59,726 bases of DNA, filler included, from Jimgerdemannia flammicorona (GCA_003990765.1; 2 parts of 2 records of this genome joined end to end with filler, not necessarily neighbours in it); one strand, 5' to 3'. Shown: positions 1 to 15,236, counted from the whole stretch's first letter. Notes: generated by a model not told the origin, from the sequence alone. Numbers and translations: made by a program.

Positions 1-829
1 TTTTTTTTTTGGATTTTTTTTTAAAGATAAAATAAAAATTTAAAAATAATAAATTTAATATTTTTTAATACCTCTAAAATTAAACCGATATATTATAATA
101 TAAAATATATTTATATAAAGTATTTTTATTTAAATAATTAAAATATAAAATTTAATAAAATATTGATCCAGTTTGGAAATATACTGTATTATCTATAAAA
201 AGAACTTCTGGTCATAATAATTGCTTTTCAGGAAGAGTGTTACTTCTTACTGAGATAGCTCTTTATAATCTATTCAGATTACTATATACTTAGATATATA
301 ATTCTTAGTCTATATAGATCTATAGACAAGTATAATAGTAAGAAATTATTACTCTCTTTGATATAGAAATTAGATTATCTCAGGTAAAATCAATCAAGTG
401 ACTAATGGTTATTCAAAATATATAAAGATTAGATCAACTTCATTATTGAGATAATTAGTTATCTAATCTAACTGATTAAAGATAACTACCAGTAAGACAG
501 TTTACTATTAGATTTTCCCTAATATTATTAAGATCCTGAAACTAAGATATCTAAACTAATAAAAAGAATAATACATATATCTATCAAAATAGACTTACCT
601 ATCAGAACTACAAAAGAGTGATAGTACTATAACAGCTAATTCAAATTAGAAATATAAATCAGGAGAATAGATATTTGATTATAGTACCTGAATCTGATTC
701 TCAAATATAGCTTAGCTAAATAAATAGTAGTTATATTTTGCAAACATAGAAAACTTTAGCAACTACTAAAAATTCTGCTGATATCAAAATTCTTACAATT
801 ATCAAAATCTTTTGCAGATATTGAAAAGA

Positions 830-1091
830 TTCAATACTTGTAAAAAGTAACTCATAACTTAGCCACCTTATAGCTAGTAAACTTATATAAATATCCTCAG
901 TATCTAGAGTAAATAAACCTAAGATTGAAATAGTTCAAAGTAAAGAGAATGCAAGAGAACTAGTAAGCCTATAGGCTGATACACTTTGAACTCACCCACT
1001 TCTATATTCTGAGGACTTTGCAGAGTCAAAGAAGATTAAGTTTTCAAGATACAGAAATCTGACATATATACTTATATAGTTATACATATAA
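830..1091 (+). repeat. 3' part of the 5' LTR of gypsy family B
   Basis: Matches 22934-23138 (aaaaagtaac...aaatatcctcagtatctagagt...aactcacccacttct). Followed by acttagtgttcattg, resembling the post-LTR/PBS region of family A. Confidence 0.7.
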
Positions 1092-4000
1092 CTTAGTGTT
1101 CATTGATTAGTAATTTAAGACAAATTTCTCACTTTTAAGCTGAATAACAACCAACTGCTACTACCTAAACAACTATATAAATAAAACTAAGATATTTAGA
1201 CAAGATGAATATAAGAACACTAGTATTCTACAGATATACTTAAGATGAATCAATCATTACCTTTATTAATAATTTCAAGAAATATACTGCTATAATAACT
1301 CTGATAGCAAGATAGCAAGTAGCCCTCATGCTCTTCAGTCTCTGAGATCTAGTTAAAGCAGCATTTATACTGTAATCTATGTGAGAAATAATGATATTAC
1401 TATGCTGACAGTATAGAAGATCTGGCTCCAAGCCATCTATTATACAAATGAGATCAAGTAAGCTCTGAAGGATTAGCTCAATACAATATATTAAGAAATA
1501 AGTGAGAATCCAAATACATTCTATATCAGAATCCAATATTAGGTAATCCTTACAGATTATACTACTATTATCTAAGATCAAGTAGTAGAGACAACTTTTA
1601 TAAAGAGAGTCTACTCAGAAATAACTATGGTCATCTGCTTATTACTAGTAATTCTGGATCTACAACAGAAGATCATCTATGCTAAGTATTACTAGATAGC
1701 CAGACATCTATAAGATCATATAATAAACAAAATTATGAGAGTTAGAATTGAAGTACTCAAGATAATCAATATAATCTCAATTATAGTGATCAATTGAAAT
1801 ATACCTCAGCCAAGAACTACTGAGTAGTAGAGAAATAGTGATCTCATAGAGAAGCTAGTTATAAAGTTTGCTGAAATGACTGCTCATCTAGAAGATATGA
1901 TAAAAGAGATCAGAGAAAGAGACTATCATCCAGTTCAGAAGTTTACTATTACCTCAGATAAGAAGAGAGATATCTGCTATCTGTGAAGAAGAAGACCACT
2001 ACTCATATAAATATATAAGTAAAACTAAGTACATGATTCAGCTAAGCAATACTATTTAAAATAGGAAATAAGCCAACACTATATCTTTGAAGAAATTAGA
2101 GTATCTAATAAAGAAGAATGGGTACCTACTCTGCTTAGACTACTAAGAAGGATGTCTATAAGGAACTCTATAAGAGACTGCTAGAGAGACTTAAGAACCT
2201 TGTAGAGAAACAGATGGAAACTGCTATAGAAAGTTAAGCTAAAGAAATAAATCAAGATATAGAGTTAGAATAGGCTATCCAAGACATTATTCAAGGAACT
2301 GCCCTAGTCAGTAAAGGAGAAAAAGAGAAGAAGCTGTGCAAAATCAAGACCTTCAAGTATGATATCTTCAAGGATCTCAGCCAATAAAAAGTCAATACAA
2401 CCTTTGGTCAGCTAGCAGAAATATACTCATTTAGATAGCAAATGAGATATGAACTTATTGAGAAAACCAAAGAACAAGGTTGGAAGATAACAGAGATCAA
2501 TAATGTTTAAGAAGACTCAGAAGAAAAAAGTAAAGATAATTACAAGGTCTTTGCCTATATTATCAGTCAGATTGAAGTTAGAGTTTTTGAAGTCATTATT
2601 GATACTAGAGCAGGAGGATGTCTTCTCAGTAAGAAAGTAGCAGACTACCTAGACTGAGAGGTTGAAGAAGTAACTAAACTAGTATTTATTACAACAGATG
2701 ATATAAGAGCTGCACCTCTAGAAAAGATCTGAGATATTTCTATTAAGTTTGAAAGAGTAACCATCTCAGTAGATGTAATCATAACTAATACTACCAACTA
2801 TGATATTTTCATTAGCAATCAGTGGCTTCATAAAGCTAGAGTAATAATTGATCTAAATATCCAAAAGATACAGATCATCTACTGAGGACCGAAGATGCAA
2901 ATTTCTATCAATTATAACAAAAGAGTACTCTCTGAAATAGAGAAAAAAGAAAGAGAACAAGAGGAAGCTTATATATTAACTATTTAGAAAAAGAAGAAGA
3001 ATATTAGATGAATAAGTAAAGAAGAAAGGTATAAGAAGATTATTGAAGAATATATATACAAGAAGTCTGTCTCTATGGAATCAAGATATACTATATAGAG
3101 CATATCAATAATTGCTATCAGTGTACTAGTAAAATCAAGAAGATCTATTATAAAAGAAGACAGAAGGACCTGAAAAAACAGATAAGAGAAGAGAAGGAGA
3201 AAGAAGAAGAAGAACTACCAGTTCTTCTGAAAGGCAGTAATGATGAAGAGAAAATTAAGATTAAGATTCAGAAAATCTACTCTGATGTAGTTCTACCAGA
3301 ATATAAGTTAGAAAATGCAGCAGAAATAGATATTGCTAGAGTAGAAGAAATAGTACTGAAGTTCCAGATAACTACCCTACTTGTAATCAGTCTAGAGATG
3401 ACTATTCCAAAGCTATGTCAGGATCCTCAAAATAAGAAGCAGTCTGGCTAGGAGTGAGATTACTATTGAAGGAGGAGTTATTGATTTGAATTATATTAGA
3501 GAAATACTACTTATTACTAGAAATCACAACTCTATAATTCTATTTCTGATCAAGAAGAATGACTAATTGATATAGATGATAATCTTTCCAGTTCTTCAGC
3601 CAAAGATTATAGAAGTTAAGAAGTTGGAAGAAATAGAGAGAGAAAGACAAGAATTAGATCCACTAGAAGAGAGGTATTCATTAGTACCAAAATCACTAAA
3701 CTGGACCACAAGAAGAAGGATACTATAAATAAGTATAGCTATATCATTAGAAATAAATTTCTACTCAAGAAGGAGCTCAGGAATATACTCTATAAATATA
3801 AGGATATTCTGGCTACAGATTTCAAAGATATCAAAGGAATGATAACACACTACTATTATAAGATACAGGAGATACTGAGCTAATTTATCAAAAAGCAAGG
3901 CCATTCACCAGCCTACTGTAAATGACTCAGAGAAGAAATCAAGCAGATGGAAGAAGCTAGTATCATTAAGGAAGTCAGTAGCACTTGGACTTTACCAGTT

Positions 4001-4679
4001 ATACTAGCTCTAAAGAAAGAAAGCAAATCAGGAGAATTTACCTCAAGACTCTATACTGATAATGGAAAGCTCAACCTAGCTACTAGAAGAATTACCAATC
4101 ACTGTCTCTTATTAGTGACATTCTTGTTACTCTGAGAGATAAAGTATAGTATTACAGTATCTTAGATTTATTCTCAAAATTATATCAAATTGGCCTCACT
4201 GAAGTAGTAAGTAAAAAATCAGCCTTTATCACTCCACACAAAATTTATTATATCTATAAATATTATTCAGAATATACAATATACTAGCAAGCTTCTAGTG
4301 AATGATAAATAAAATCTTCTACTATAATATTAAAAGATAGATAATAGTTTAGATGATATTATTTTCTACAGCAAGACAGCCAAAGAGCATCTATAGTATA
4401 TTCAGCAGATAATAGATAAGCTGAGGAAGTATGATCTATATATTAAGCCTAAAAAGTACAAGTTTGTAGAAATTTAGATCTCCTATCTTAGCTATATTAT
4501 TAACTGAGATAGAACATATAAAGACCCTCTCAAGATTTATACAGTAGCAGTATATCTAAGGCCACATCATAGTTACTGAAGTCTAAGCCTTTATGGGGCT
4601 CATCTCATACTACTGCAGATTTATCAAAGAATTCTCCAATATAACAGACCTAATCTATGAACTCAATAAGAAGAATATC

Positions 4680-6642
4680 TATTGGAATTATAAGTTGATA
4701 TATATTTATATAATTCAATGCCAATTTATTTTATATTATTTATATGTTATCATTTACAGTACCTAAAAGTATGATTTATATAATGAATAAATTACTTCTT
4801 TTATTCAGTCTCTTACACCTCTCTCTTTTTACAATAAAGATTATAAGCTCTACTAGTAACTAAGTTGCTATATAGTCTAGTTAGCAGATATCAGTTAGCA
4901 GTTAGAACTCCTCTTATACTGAACTATATATAAGTGTTATATAAGTATCTAGCAATAGTTAACATAGTTCTGTTGTAAGCATAGATGAGTATGGTCATTA
5001 TCAGTCAATGAGGTAGTGAAGTAATCTGTCAGATGTTAATAACAGTGAAGTCCACCAGAGGCAATACTGAAGTCCTCTCAGGTAGTAGATAAAGTCCTTC
5101 CTGATGTCAAGACAATCATGAAGTCCTCTCTGATGGCAGAAGACAATTATGACAAAGGTGCCCACTCAGATATTCAAGGTAATTACAAAGCCCTCCTAAG
5201 TGATTGAGATAATTATGATAATGAGAATACCAGTTAATAAGATCAATAAAGTTAGTATATATGAGACTAGTAATGAGATAAATAGAGACAAACCCAAATC
5301 TAAGGTCCAAAGTATAGATAAGATTATTGAGACTAATAAGATCATCAATGAGACTGATAAGGTCAGCAATATAGCCAGCAAAAATATAGCAAATAAGATC
5401 AATGATATTAGTAAAAATGTAAAAAATAAGATCAATAATACCAGTAAAAATATAGTAAATGAGATCAGTAATATGGCTAGTAATGAGACTATAGAAAAGG
5501 CCAACAAGACCAATAAGATCACAATAAGCCCAGATGAGATAAATAGTAAATAAGACCAATATAGATAAACTCAAGCCCAGTATAGAATATACAACCAACT
5601 ATTTGGAGATAACTATAATTATTTGGACACTACAAGTAGAAATACTATAAAAAGAATAACAATGATATAGAAAGAGAACTATAGTGATAGCTATACCAAT
5701 TATTCTGATAATGGTATATTTATTATATAAGCAACATTTGTACAAATAACTAATATCTATTCTACTACTAGTTCTATAAGTAGTTCTACTACTAATTCAG
5801 TCAACTTGATATCTAAATTATGATCAATAGTAAAATACTTTATATTGATGAAAAGTAGTGATGATATCAATCATATAAGTAATGGCTCTACTATTAATAG
5901 TAATAAGTACTATTAATAGCATAGGTACTACTAACAATATCAACAGTATAGATACTGCCAACTATTTACATATTCAGCAAAAATATGAATATAGCCAATA
6001 ATAATAAAAATATATAATATCTGGTAAATAGATTTTGGTAAAAAATAGTATATAATATCACACTATATATACTAGAAATAATAAAGTCAGTATCAATAAC
6101 AACATATATTCCAAAGATGTAATGATAACAATAGTATTATATTAAGTAAGAGTATATAGTTATCTGACTCTATAATACTGTCTGATGATCTCAATAAATG
6201 GTCACCTAGAATATATCTCTTATAAGTAGATGTTTATAAGACTTTTCAGAGTCTCAAATACTTTTCATACTATATATATATGTTACATAATTATATATAT
6301 TACATTTCTATAGGTATTATGGTATATATTATATAAGTATTATATATATAATACTTTTCAATCTGCAACAATTTATAGATAGTTATAATTCTGGGTTATA
6401 TACAGTTCTATGTATTATATTGCTTTTTTATTTTAGTTTGTATTCTTTTTTTGTTTTGGTATATATATCTCCTTAAGCAAGAGTATTGAGATTATAAGTT
6501 GATATATATCTGCATAATTTTATGTTAATTTGTTTTACATTATTTATATGTTATCATTTATAATATCTAAAAGTATATAATTTATATAATAAATTAATTA
6601 CTTCTTCAATTTAGTCTCTTATGCCTCTCTCTTTTTATAACA
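4680..6642. mobile_element. Small non-autonomous LTR element (TRIM/LARD-like), ~158-bp LTRs, inserted in family-B pol
   Basis: Direct repeats 4680-4836 and 6484-6642 with decayed TGTTG...CAACA ends. 5-bp TSD ATATC (4675-4679)/ATATT (6643-6647). Host frame rejoins across it (KKNI|KFQWT). No RT or IN motif recognised inside. Confidence 0.8.
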
Positions 6643-8089
6643 ATATTAAGTTCCAATGGACCAGTAGGTAATAAAAAGAATTTGATGAGCTCAAGATTAG
6701 GCTGACCTAAGCATTTATTCTCAAAAGACCAGATTAGACTCCAGAATTCATCCTATAGACAGATATACATAAGTACATAAGGACTAAGAGCAGTCCTGGC
6801 TCAGAAGAAAGATAAAGTTGAGTATATTATTATATATTCCAGCTAAGGAATCTGAGGAGTTGAAAAGGAATATAAATTCTATAAGTGTAGTCATCTAGAC
6901 AGTAGAAAATTTCTACTACTATCTTGCTGAAAGATACTTCACTATCCAGACAGACCACTTAGCTCTCATCTAGCTACTGACCACTGGGCAACCTAAAGGC
7001 ATCTATGCCAGATGGATTATGAAGTTGCAAGTCTATAATATAACTATTGTGTACTATCCTGGAAGAACTAATGTCAATACAGATGCTCTCTCATAGACAC
7101 TCTGAGAGACCTTCAATTAGCAAATCAATTATGAATAAGAAACTCTACTATGGAATTATTAGCTACATATCTGTAATAGTAAAAGATACCCCAACATCTG
7201 GAAGAATAAACACAAATAATTATAAACAGAACATAGAAATAATTTGAGACTAATAGAGAAATACTGAAAAAAGAAATACTACTAGTTATTTACAAATATA
7301 AGGAGCAAGTAATAAATTCAGTATATAAACTTGGCTATCTAGGAGGAACAAACATCTACAAAAAAGCAAGAAGAAAAATATAGTGACCAAGATATCAGAT
7401 GATTTGTCAAGATCTGTGATAAATATCAGAAACAGAAATAAGACCAATAAAATCAGACCACCGAATCTGTATATTGTCACATAGTGGTCACTGAGTCCTT
7501 CAAATATGCCAGATTCTCTTCAAGGTGTATCTCTTAGACTAACTCAAGTTTGTTACAAGCAAGTTCTTATTGGAGTGCCTTCCCAAAGTCATATAGTCCT
7601 CAAACTTCTTATCTTTAAACTGTCTTGTTATCTCTTAGATTGCTTGCAAGGAAGTGTGTATATTATACTGAGAGGAACTAACTTTATTTCAGAGGAAATA
7701 AGAGGGGTATTTATACAAAATATAATTCAATGATTGCTAAGATATAAAGCTAAATATAAATTCCAATAACTAAAACTACTAAGTTCCAGGATCAGAACTG
7801 ATAGTTATACAGGTTTAGGATGCTGGTATAATTCAGTGTCATATTAGAATACCAGTGCTGGCATTATTCAGTGCTACCTCAAAATGCTGGTGCTGGACCA
7901 ATTTTGTGTCACCTCAGAATACCAGTGCTGGCATTATTCAGTGTAACATAACAAGAGACTAAGAGCAGAATGTTCAGGACCATGGGGGCTTCATCCTCAT
8001 TATTAGAGATCAGGATATCTTCAAAGGAGATGAGGTCTTTTTTTTTTTTTTTTTTTTATAGTCACTTGGACTTCCTTCCTTTATTATGC

Positions 8090-11000
8090 CCATCTATCAC
8101 AAAAAAATACATTAATCCTGCCCCCTATCCATTTCCCCTAGGAGCACCCCCCCCCCTTACTCCAACTTGATGAAAGGACACTTTATCCAATACAATCTCT
8201 ACCCTCCCACCACTCTGCTCACAGATCCTCACCACTAAACCACAATACTGCCCCCTCTGAGGACCCCAACCCACCCACCATCCAGTCAGCAGATCCCCCA
8301 AAAACTCCTTCCACTATAATACCTTCTTCTACAGCCCCAACTGCCTCCCCTCCTTGAATACAAAAAGCCAATATCCAGCCAGTCCCACCCACACTGCTAA
8401 CACCCATCTTACAGTGAGCTAACTATCACCTACACCATCTACTAGCCAAGATCTCAAGTTCTCCCAGCGGCCTCCCTCCCCCTCCAGTCTTTGCTTCACA
8501 CCCAGTCTATTTCCTATTTCTACCCAAAAGTTCCCTAAAACCTCACACTCTCCCAGCCAATATTCCAGTATCTGCATAAGTCCCCCAGCTTGCCCAACAT
8601 TGTAGCACCCCTCACAATCTAACTGGCCACTATCTACTATATGTCCAGTACAATAATTCAACATGACATTCCTCCACAGCATTTGCCACCACACTATCCA
8701 GAATTTAGGAGGAAGCCACCTCTGCATCTCAGCACTCCAAGACCAGATACCTGCCCAGTCCCACTCCTTGCTGATCCCTGCTGCCTGCCAGCCACTTGGC
8801 CAAAGATCCAGGCCAAGACCCTGCTGACACTCTACTCTATCTCCAATATTAAATTCAGCAAGTGAAGCACTCCCCAGAAGCAGTCTGTCCCATCGCCATA
8901 TACTGGGACCCCACATTATCTCCCCCTTATTGTCTTGCCAGCGCAGGCCAATTTGGTGGGCTCCATCTGCTACCCCCCACCAAAAGCCCTTAAACTATAG
9001 CTGCTGATTTCTATTCAGCCCCACCAGAGAGAGCAGATCACCTGAGGACCCATGAGGGGAGGTCCTCATCTCCCACACCTTCTGTATCAGTGGCACCCAT
9101 CCCCCTCCCTGCAGTTCAGCAGCTCTCTTCAACTACCAAGCTTGCAAGCAATGCAACCTCTTAGAGAAATCTACAAGACCCAGACCTCTCCTAACCACTG
9201 GTGTTGCAAGAGTATCCCAACTGATCAGAGACCTCTTCCCTGCCCAAATCTAATCTCTAGCCATCATTATCAGCCTCTTCACCACCCAAGCTGGAAAGTC
9301 TAGGTGATAGGTCATATACCATAGCTTGGGGAATCAGTAGATATTTAGAATTGCCACCCACCCAGCCAGAGAGATATGGTGGCCTCCCCAACTTTGAAGG
9401 GTCTCCCCCCAAATGGTCACCCTGCTCTCCCACTATGCTTGTAGCAAGAAAGAACCATACACAGAGAGGAAGATGCCCAGATACCACACCACCTCACCAA
9501 TAGAGACAATTGTTCTAATGATATCCCCTCCCACTAGTCTATTCTCTAGCACCATTGTCTCATACTTATGCCAGTTGAGCTTCACCCCAGAGTGAGCCTC
9601 ATATCACTCCACTGGTTCTCTTAAGTGCTTCAACATCTGCTGCTACCAATCCAAGTCCAACTACCATGTCATCTGCAAAGGCCCCCACCTTTCACACTAT
9701 ACCATATATAGAGAGCCCTGCCACCTTCCAGCGAATCCTATCCAACAAAGGCTCTAATGAAAGGGCATAGAGAATAGAGGACAGAGGGTCCTCCTGAGGA
9801 ACTCCTCTTCCCAAGGAAAATGCCAGACCTTGGTAACTATTATACATCAGTGCCACCTGACTGCTCTCTAGTATATTCAATATAGAAGTCTGAAATTCTG
9901 GGGGCACACCAATTCAATCCAGTACCTTGCCCAGCCAAATGTACTATACATGGTCATAGGCCTTCTCTTGGTCCAAAAAGACCAATCTTCCATATAGTCC
10001 ACAAGCCCGGGCCCCTTCAATGATGCCATGGACCCATGCAGTCTCATCCCTTATAAGTCTGCCCCCAACAAAGCCCTGCTGCTCCTCCCCCAGTACCTGT
10101 TGGGCAACTTTCTGCAGCCTTGTGACAATTACCTTAGTCACCATCTTCCTGTCCATATCCAGAAGCATTATTGGCCTCCAATTCTTCCAGTCTTCCCTCC
10201 TCCCCTTGTCCTTATACAATAAGGCCACCAGTCTGAGGTCCTGCTCACCAACCCACTCACTACTCCAAAGAACATGATCACAGAGATTGGCCATCTCACT
10301 CAAAACTCCAGGGACCTTTGCCATCTTCTTCCAGAAGTCCCATGGTAACCCATCCTCCCCTGGCACTATTTCAAGCTTAATCACTACAAGGATACTCTGG
10401 ATCTCCTCTCCTTGCACCAGTAGGATCAAGTCCCCCAGTCCCTCTACTTGCAGTGCTCCCACTCCTCTAGTATCTTTTCAATCACCTCCTCATCTGCCCC
10501 CTCTTCCCCCTCACTCCACAAACTCTGCCATCTCTCCTTCAAAACCCCTAAGATTTGTTGTGTGCCATGCACCATGTCCCCCTCAGCATCCAAGATCCCA
10601 TCCCACTGATGATGCACCCTCCTAGCTTTAAGGAGTCTCGACAAGTATCTAGTAGGCCTCTCACCCTCCTCAAGTCCCTGCCACCATAGTCTGGCTGCCA
10701 TTCCTTGCATATGAGTCTCCTCCTCCTCTCGCAACACCTGTTACAGTTCCACTATCTCCAATTTCACCCACTCTATCCTCCAATTCTCTACCCCACCAGA
10801 AGAAAGCAAACCTGCCCAATCCATTTGCAGCTTTCTTAGCCTGCTGGAAGCACACCTTGTATACTTCCTCCTCTGTCTCCCCACATCCTTACCAGCTTCT
10901 CCCCAATAGACCCTTGCAGCCTCTTTCAATCTCACCCAATGTACACCCACAGACAGACCCTCATGCCTCCAGCTAAAAACCTTCACCTGAATGTCCTCCA

Positions 11001-11787
11001 CCCATGAGTCCCACAACCTCTTCTCAGCCAGCAGGGAGGAAATGAGGTGCCAATGTCCAGGTCCATCTCCACTCCCCCCAAACTGCCCCAGCCCTAAAAT
11101 CTCCCAGTGATCAGACCATGGGCATCACTCCACCTCCAATGCCTTCCAAACATCAGAGCCCCAACACTCAGCCATCAGAATCCAGTCAATCCTTATACCC
11201 AAGCCATTCACCCAGTGTGTGTAGAACCTGGTGTTGCCCCACTATTTTCTGTCCATATCCCCTAAGGAGCTCAAATTCTCCACCTCCTCTCATGCATCCA
11301 GACCTCCACTCCTCCCCCCTGCATTCCTCCCTCCATCAGTTCTGTTTAGATGTTGATCTTGAACCATATTAAAGTCCCAACTGAGAACATCGACCCCTTC
11401 CTCCAAGAGAATACCCTCCTCCAGTAGCTCCTTAATTCATGCAGTTCTCTCACCTCTAACTGCTGGGCAGTAGCAAGAGTCAACCCTTACTGACTCCCAC
11501 CCTGGCCAATGCCAATCCCCCCAGACCAAGTGATCACCCCAGCTCCTGATTTCCCCCAAGTCTCCTCTACCCTTCCTCACCAGAATTGCCACTTTTCCAA
11601 ACCAAGCAGCTGCCCCACCCCATTCCCTAGTCCATTCTACCTGATCATCCTCATCCTCACACCATACATCCTGTAGTAAAAAGAGATCAGCCTCTAAACC
11701 CTTGAGCCATGTAAAAATGTTCTTACACTGCTCAGATCCTCTTAACCTATTCATGTTCAAAGAGAAAATATTAGTTATACAGTTCAT
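8090..11787 (-). pseudogene. LINE ORF2 (APE endonuclease + RT + C-terminal Zn motif), disrupted
   Basis: NIFSLNMNRLR...ADLFLLQD (APE); KNWRPIMLLDMDRK, VFLDQEKAYDHV, GRGVPQEDPLS, FADD (RT); CEGC...EC near the C-terminus. Confidence 0.9.
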
Positions 11788-11818
11788 AGGAAATAATGTT
11801 ATATAGTGATCCCATCCT

Positions 11819-13818
11819 CTACAAGTCCACATTTGGCCCCTCTTGCACTAAGTCCAAGTCATGTTCAGCAGCTAGTTCCCTTTCTCCAGCTTCCCTTGCC
11901 TCTAACTCTCCCAGAAGTTCCACCATTGCCCCATCTTCTCTCTCCTCAAAGTCCTCACAATACTCCTGACAGGCCTCCTGCCAGAGCTGCAAACCATGAT
12001 GCTCCATCCAACAGTAGACAGCCTGCTCACTAGTGACATCCCCCAGCTCTGCCTTCCTCACCTCATCAACCTCATATCCTTCCTCCTCTAGGAAGATTGC
12101 AAGAATCTCCACCTTCAGTGCCTCCATCACTCCATCTCCACTCAGAATCTGCACCCAATGCTTCTCAGACATCACACATAAGTCCACTTCCCCCAATGCC
12201 TCTGCTGCAAGGTTATCCATCACCTTGCTCATCCACAGTAGGTTCCCCACCTCCTACCCTCCCAGAGTCCCTGGCCACTCTGCATCCAACATGGTGGTAT
12301 CACCTATGCTGGCAGCCTCATCCCACTCCTCCTCTGGGATGTCCACTAGCTCATCCTCACCAACTGCCACCACCTGACCCCCTTTTGCCACATTGGGGAC
12401 TCCAAAGTGTACCTACTATGCTCCCTTCATCAGCACATTATCTGCTGCCCCTCTCTTTATCACTGGGCCCCTCCTGATAAGAGGGGGGGGGGGTGGCTTC
12501 CAACTTCTGCTCCCAGACTTTGAATGTACCATCCATATAGGGGTCCTTGTTTGGCACCTTTTCAGCCTCTTTCTTGTTTACCATCACCTCCCTTCCTCCT
12601 TTACTAGCCCAGACACTGGCCTCAACACCCCAAACCTCTCCAGTACTATTCACCTTCTTCTTAGCCCCACTGCTCATACTCACCAACATCTCTCTCTGCC
12701 ACTTGCACCCTTGGGCCCACTCCCACTACCCCTTGTCAGTTCGAATCCTCTTCCCCTCCACAATCTCCAGATGTATTGTCTCCTCATAGAGTATCCAGGT
12801 CTTTGCCCTCCATTCAACAGCACCACCCAACTCCTCTAGCACTTCCAACAAGTCCTCCTCCTCCTCTTCACTCCCCTTCACCCTCAACACCCTACAGACA
12901 ATAGCCCCCCACATCAACACAGAAGGCCAGTCATTCACCTTTCCAGTGGCCTCCCTCCCTACTGGCCTAATCCTGACATCCACATCACCCATCCTGATTG
13001 CTGTCCCCTCCCACACCTGAAAGCCAATATCCACCACATCACTATACTCTACCACCACCTCCTCTACCCTCCTCCTAGTCTCAACCTTCATCACCATAGG
13101 CACCCCTTTGACTAACAGCTGTACCACCCTGGGGTCCCATCTAAGGCAGCACACCATAGGGACTGCCACTTCACCCACTACCACTCCAGTCTTCATTGCC
13201 TCCTCTAGTGGGCCTGTCTCCTCAAAGTCCACCTCTACCCCCTCCAGCCCCTTCAGGAACTTCACCAAGGCTGCCCCAGCCACCTGCTGCAAGATAAGTC
13301 TCAGGACCATCCTTGCCATCACCACCAAGCCCTGGAAGCACAAGATAGCTGTGAACTCCGAAACTGACTTCTTGAGTAATGGTGTCCCCACTAGCTCTAT
13401 CACACCATTGGCCAGGTCTCCCTTCCTAATTGGTAGCCCCAGCCCCACTCCATTATCAGCTATCACATCTCTTTTTTTTTCCTAATTTCCCATCACACCC
13501 CCATCAGCAGTCCCACCCCCAGCCACCACTCCTCCAGACCCTACACTTCTACCCCCAGTATGAGATCCTCCCCCCTGCCCAACACTCACCTTGCCCTTCC
13601 CCACAGCAGTACCAGCCCTGTCTCTAGCTGGCCATCTACTCACCTTCACCTTGTCAGCAAAGCTTAAGGGGCCAGTCCTTCCCCCAATACCACCTGATAC
13701 CAGTCCTTCTCCAGAACCCTCACCACCCTTCGACCCTCCAAAGACCCCTATCTCCAGACCATAACCCCTTCCAACATTCTGCCAGCTGAACACCCCAGAT
13801 CCCCCCAACCCAGTACAT
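11819..13818 (-). pseudogene. LINE ORF1 (disrupted)
   Basis: Listed ORF fragments 13482-13808, 12726-13466, 12438-12689, 11819-12250 upstream of ORF2. C-terminal part is homologous to 29516-29767 in the second LINE. Confidence 0.8.
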
Positions 13819-13942
13819 CTGTTGGAACTCTTACTTGATGATATTTTGATAGTACCTTTTCTCCAAATTGTGTGGAAAACTATTGCTTAAAGTTTGTGTA
13901 ATGTGAATTGTACAGGAGAAAGATGTCAAAGAAGATGAGGTC

Positions 13943-15062
13943 CATAAATTCATCATATAGGTCACATATTTTGTATATATTGATGTCGCATGGGATGATA
14001 TCATTGCTGATGATGTCATCATATTCAGTGGTGGCAGGAATAAGGAGATCTGGAGCTCTTCAGTCTATGAGGTTCTCTTCCACAAAATAAGGAACAAATG
14101 TGGGGTCTTGGAGAGGTCTAACCTGGATACTTGAGTCTTAGAATACTGAGATCAACCCTTGCAGGAATTGGTCTGGGTTGTTCTGGAGAATAGGATGCCA
14201 GAAGTCTTCTACTTCATCACTATTGAGGGTAATAGTGGACTGGGCTTCTGTAGCCACCCTGGCTTCTAGTGTATTGTTATGGTAGGATGACAGATCTCTG
14301 AAATCTGAGACTCTAATATACTCCAAGTTGGGAATCGACCATGGTGCATATCTGAAGATCTGATAGATCTTCTTAGCTGTCCTCATTTTATGTATATCTA
14401 TGGGAGTGGCATCTTGTAGCTTTTGAGTGCTGGTCTGTGGGAACTCCCGGCAGAGGAGGTTTCCTATTTCATACTCCTGCCACATTTGGAGGCATTTGGT
14501 GGTAATGGTGATCCTTGTTTCCATTTCACAACAGTAGAAGATATAATGATAAGAGTCACCAGTACCCAGGTTGACACTAGGAGTCCTTCTTGAGTGGGTC
14601 CTCATGGCTCTTCTGATGTCTTGGAACATCCTTTCTTCAACCAAGGTGCCTTGGTGGTTCCTTGACCTTGAGGTTTGGCAGGCAGCAGGCATTTTATTTG
14701 TAGTAAGTCTTTGAGCTATTTTGAGATTGATGTTACTGTTACTGTAATTCCTTGATCCTTCTTTTATATTCCTTAGAATGCTTGTACTGTGGTCACAATG
14801 ACTCACAGTTGGTCATCATTGCTCATCTCATATGCCATATAATCTTCTTGTACTCCAATCTGGTGACTTGCAAGGAAAGACTATCTCCTGTGCTGATGTC
14901 ATCATTCTGAGGTCACCATTATATCTTCCTCCCAAATAGGGATCTTCTTGAGTATCCTTATTCATTGGTCCAGTCCTGAAAAATTTGCTGATCCCATAAT
15001 CTCTGGTAAGGGGTCAAAAAGTGGTGTTTATGGGCTAGTATCTTCCCTTTGTATTTTGGCAT
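13943..15062 (-). pseudogene. Accessory ORF3 of family A copy 1, running from the internal region through the PPT into U3; C-terminus displaced to ~7959-8037 by the LINE
   Basis: atcATG CCA AAA TAC at 15062. Includes the listed ORF 14138-14806 (one indel near 14720). Stops are explicable as C-to-T changes. Confidence 0.75.
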
Positions 15063-15236
15063 GATGGTGAAGGGTCACTTCCTTCATATAGAGCAAGGGC
15101 CTGATTCTGATCTTGACCAATCAGTTGATAGTTTGAACTCCTCTGACTTCAAAAGTCTAACAGATGAGTAGTTGCCAGTGCCATATCTCTTAAAGAATGG
15201 TCCAGACAGATAGCCTGCTGGTTACAGGACATGCTG

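Larger units (their letters stand above)
8038..13925 (-). mobile_element. Full-length non-LTR retrotransposon (L1/Tx1-like LINE)
   Basis: poly(A) tail 8038-8057. 17-bp TSD TCAAAGGAGATGAGGTC (8021-8037)/TCAAAGAAGATGAGGTC (13926-13942). ~105-nt 5' UTR, ORF1, and ORF2 with APE, RT and C-terminal Cys motif. Confidence 0.93.

Noticed and set aside
5116..5598. Hydrophobic and Asn/Ile/Lys-rich ORFs on both strands
   Set aside because: By-products of an AT-eroded imperfect repeat inside the small LTR element.
12478..12497. PPPSY late-domain-like motif in LINE ORF1
   Set aside because: Depends on a G homopolymer in one degenerate copy; no second copy here to test conservation.
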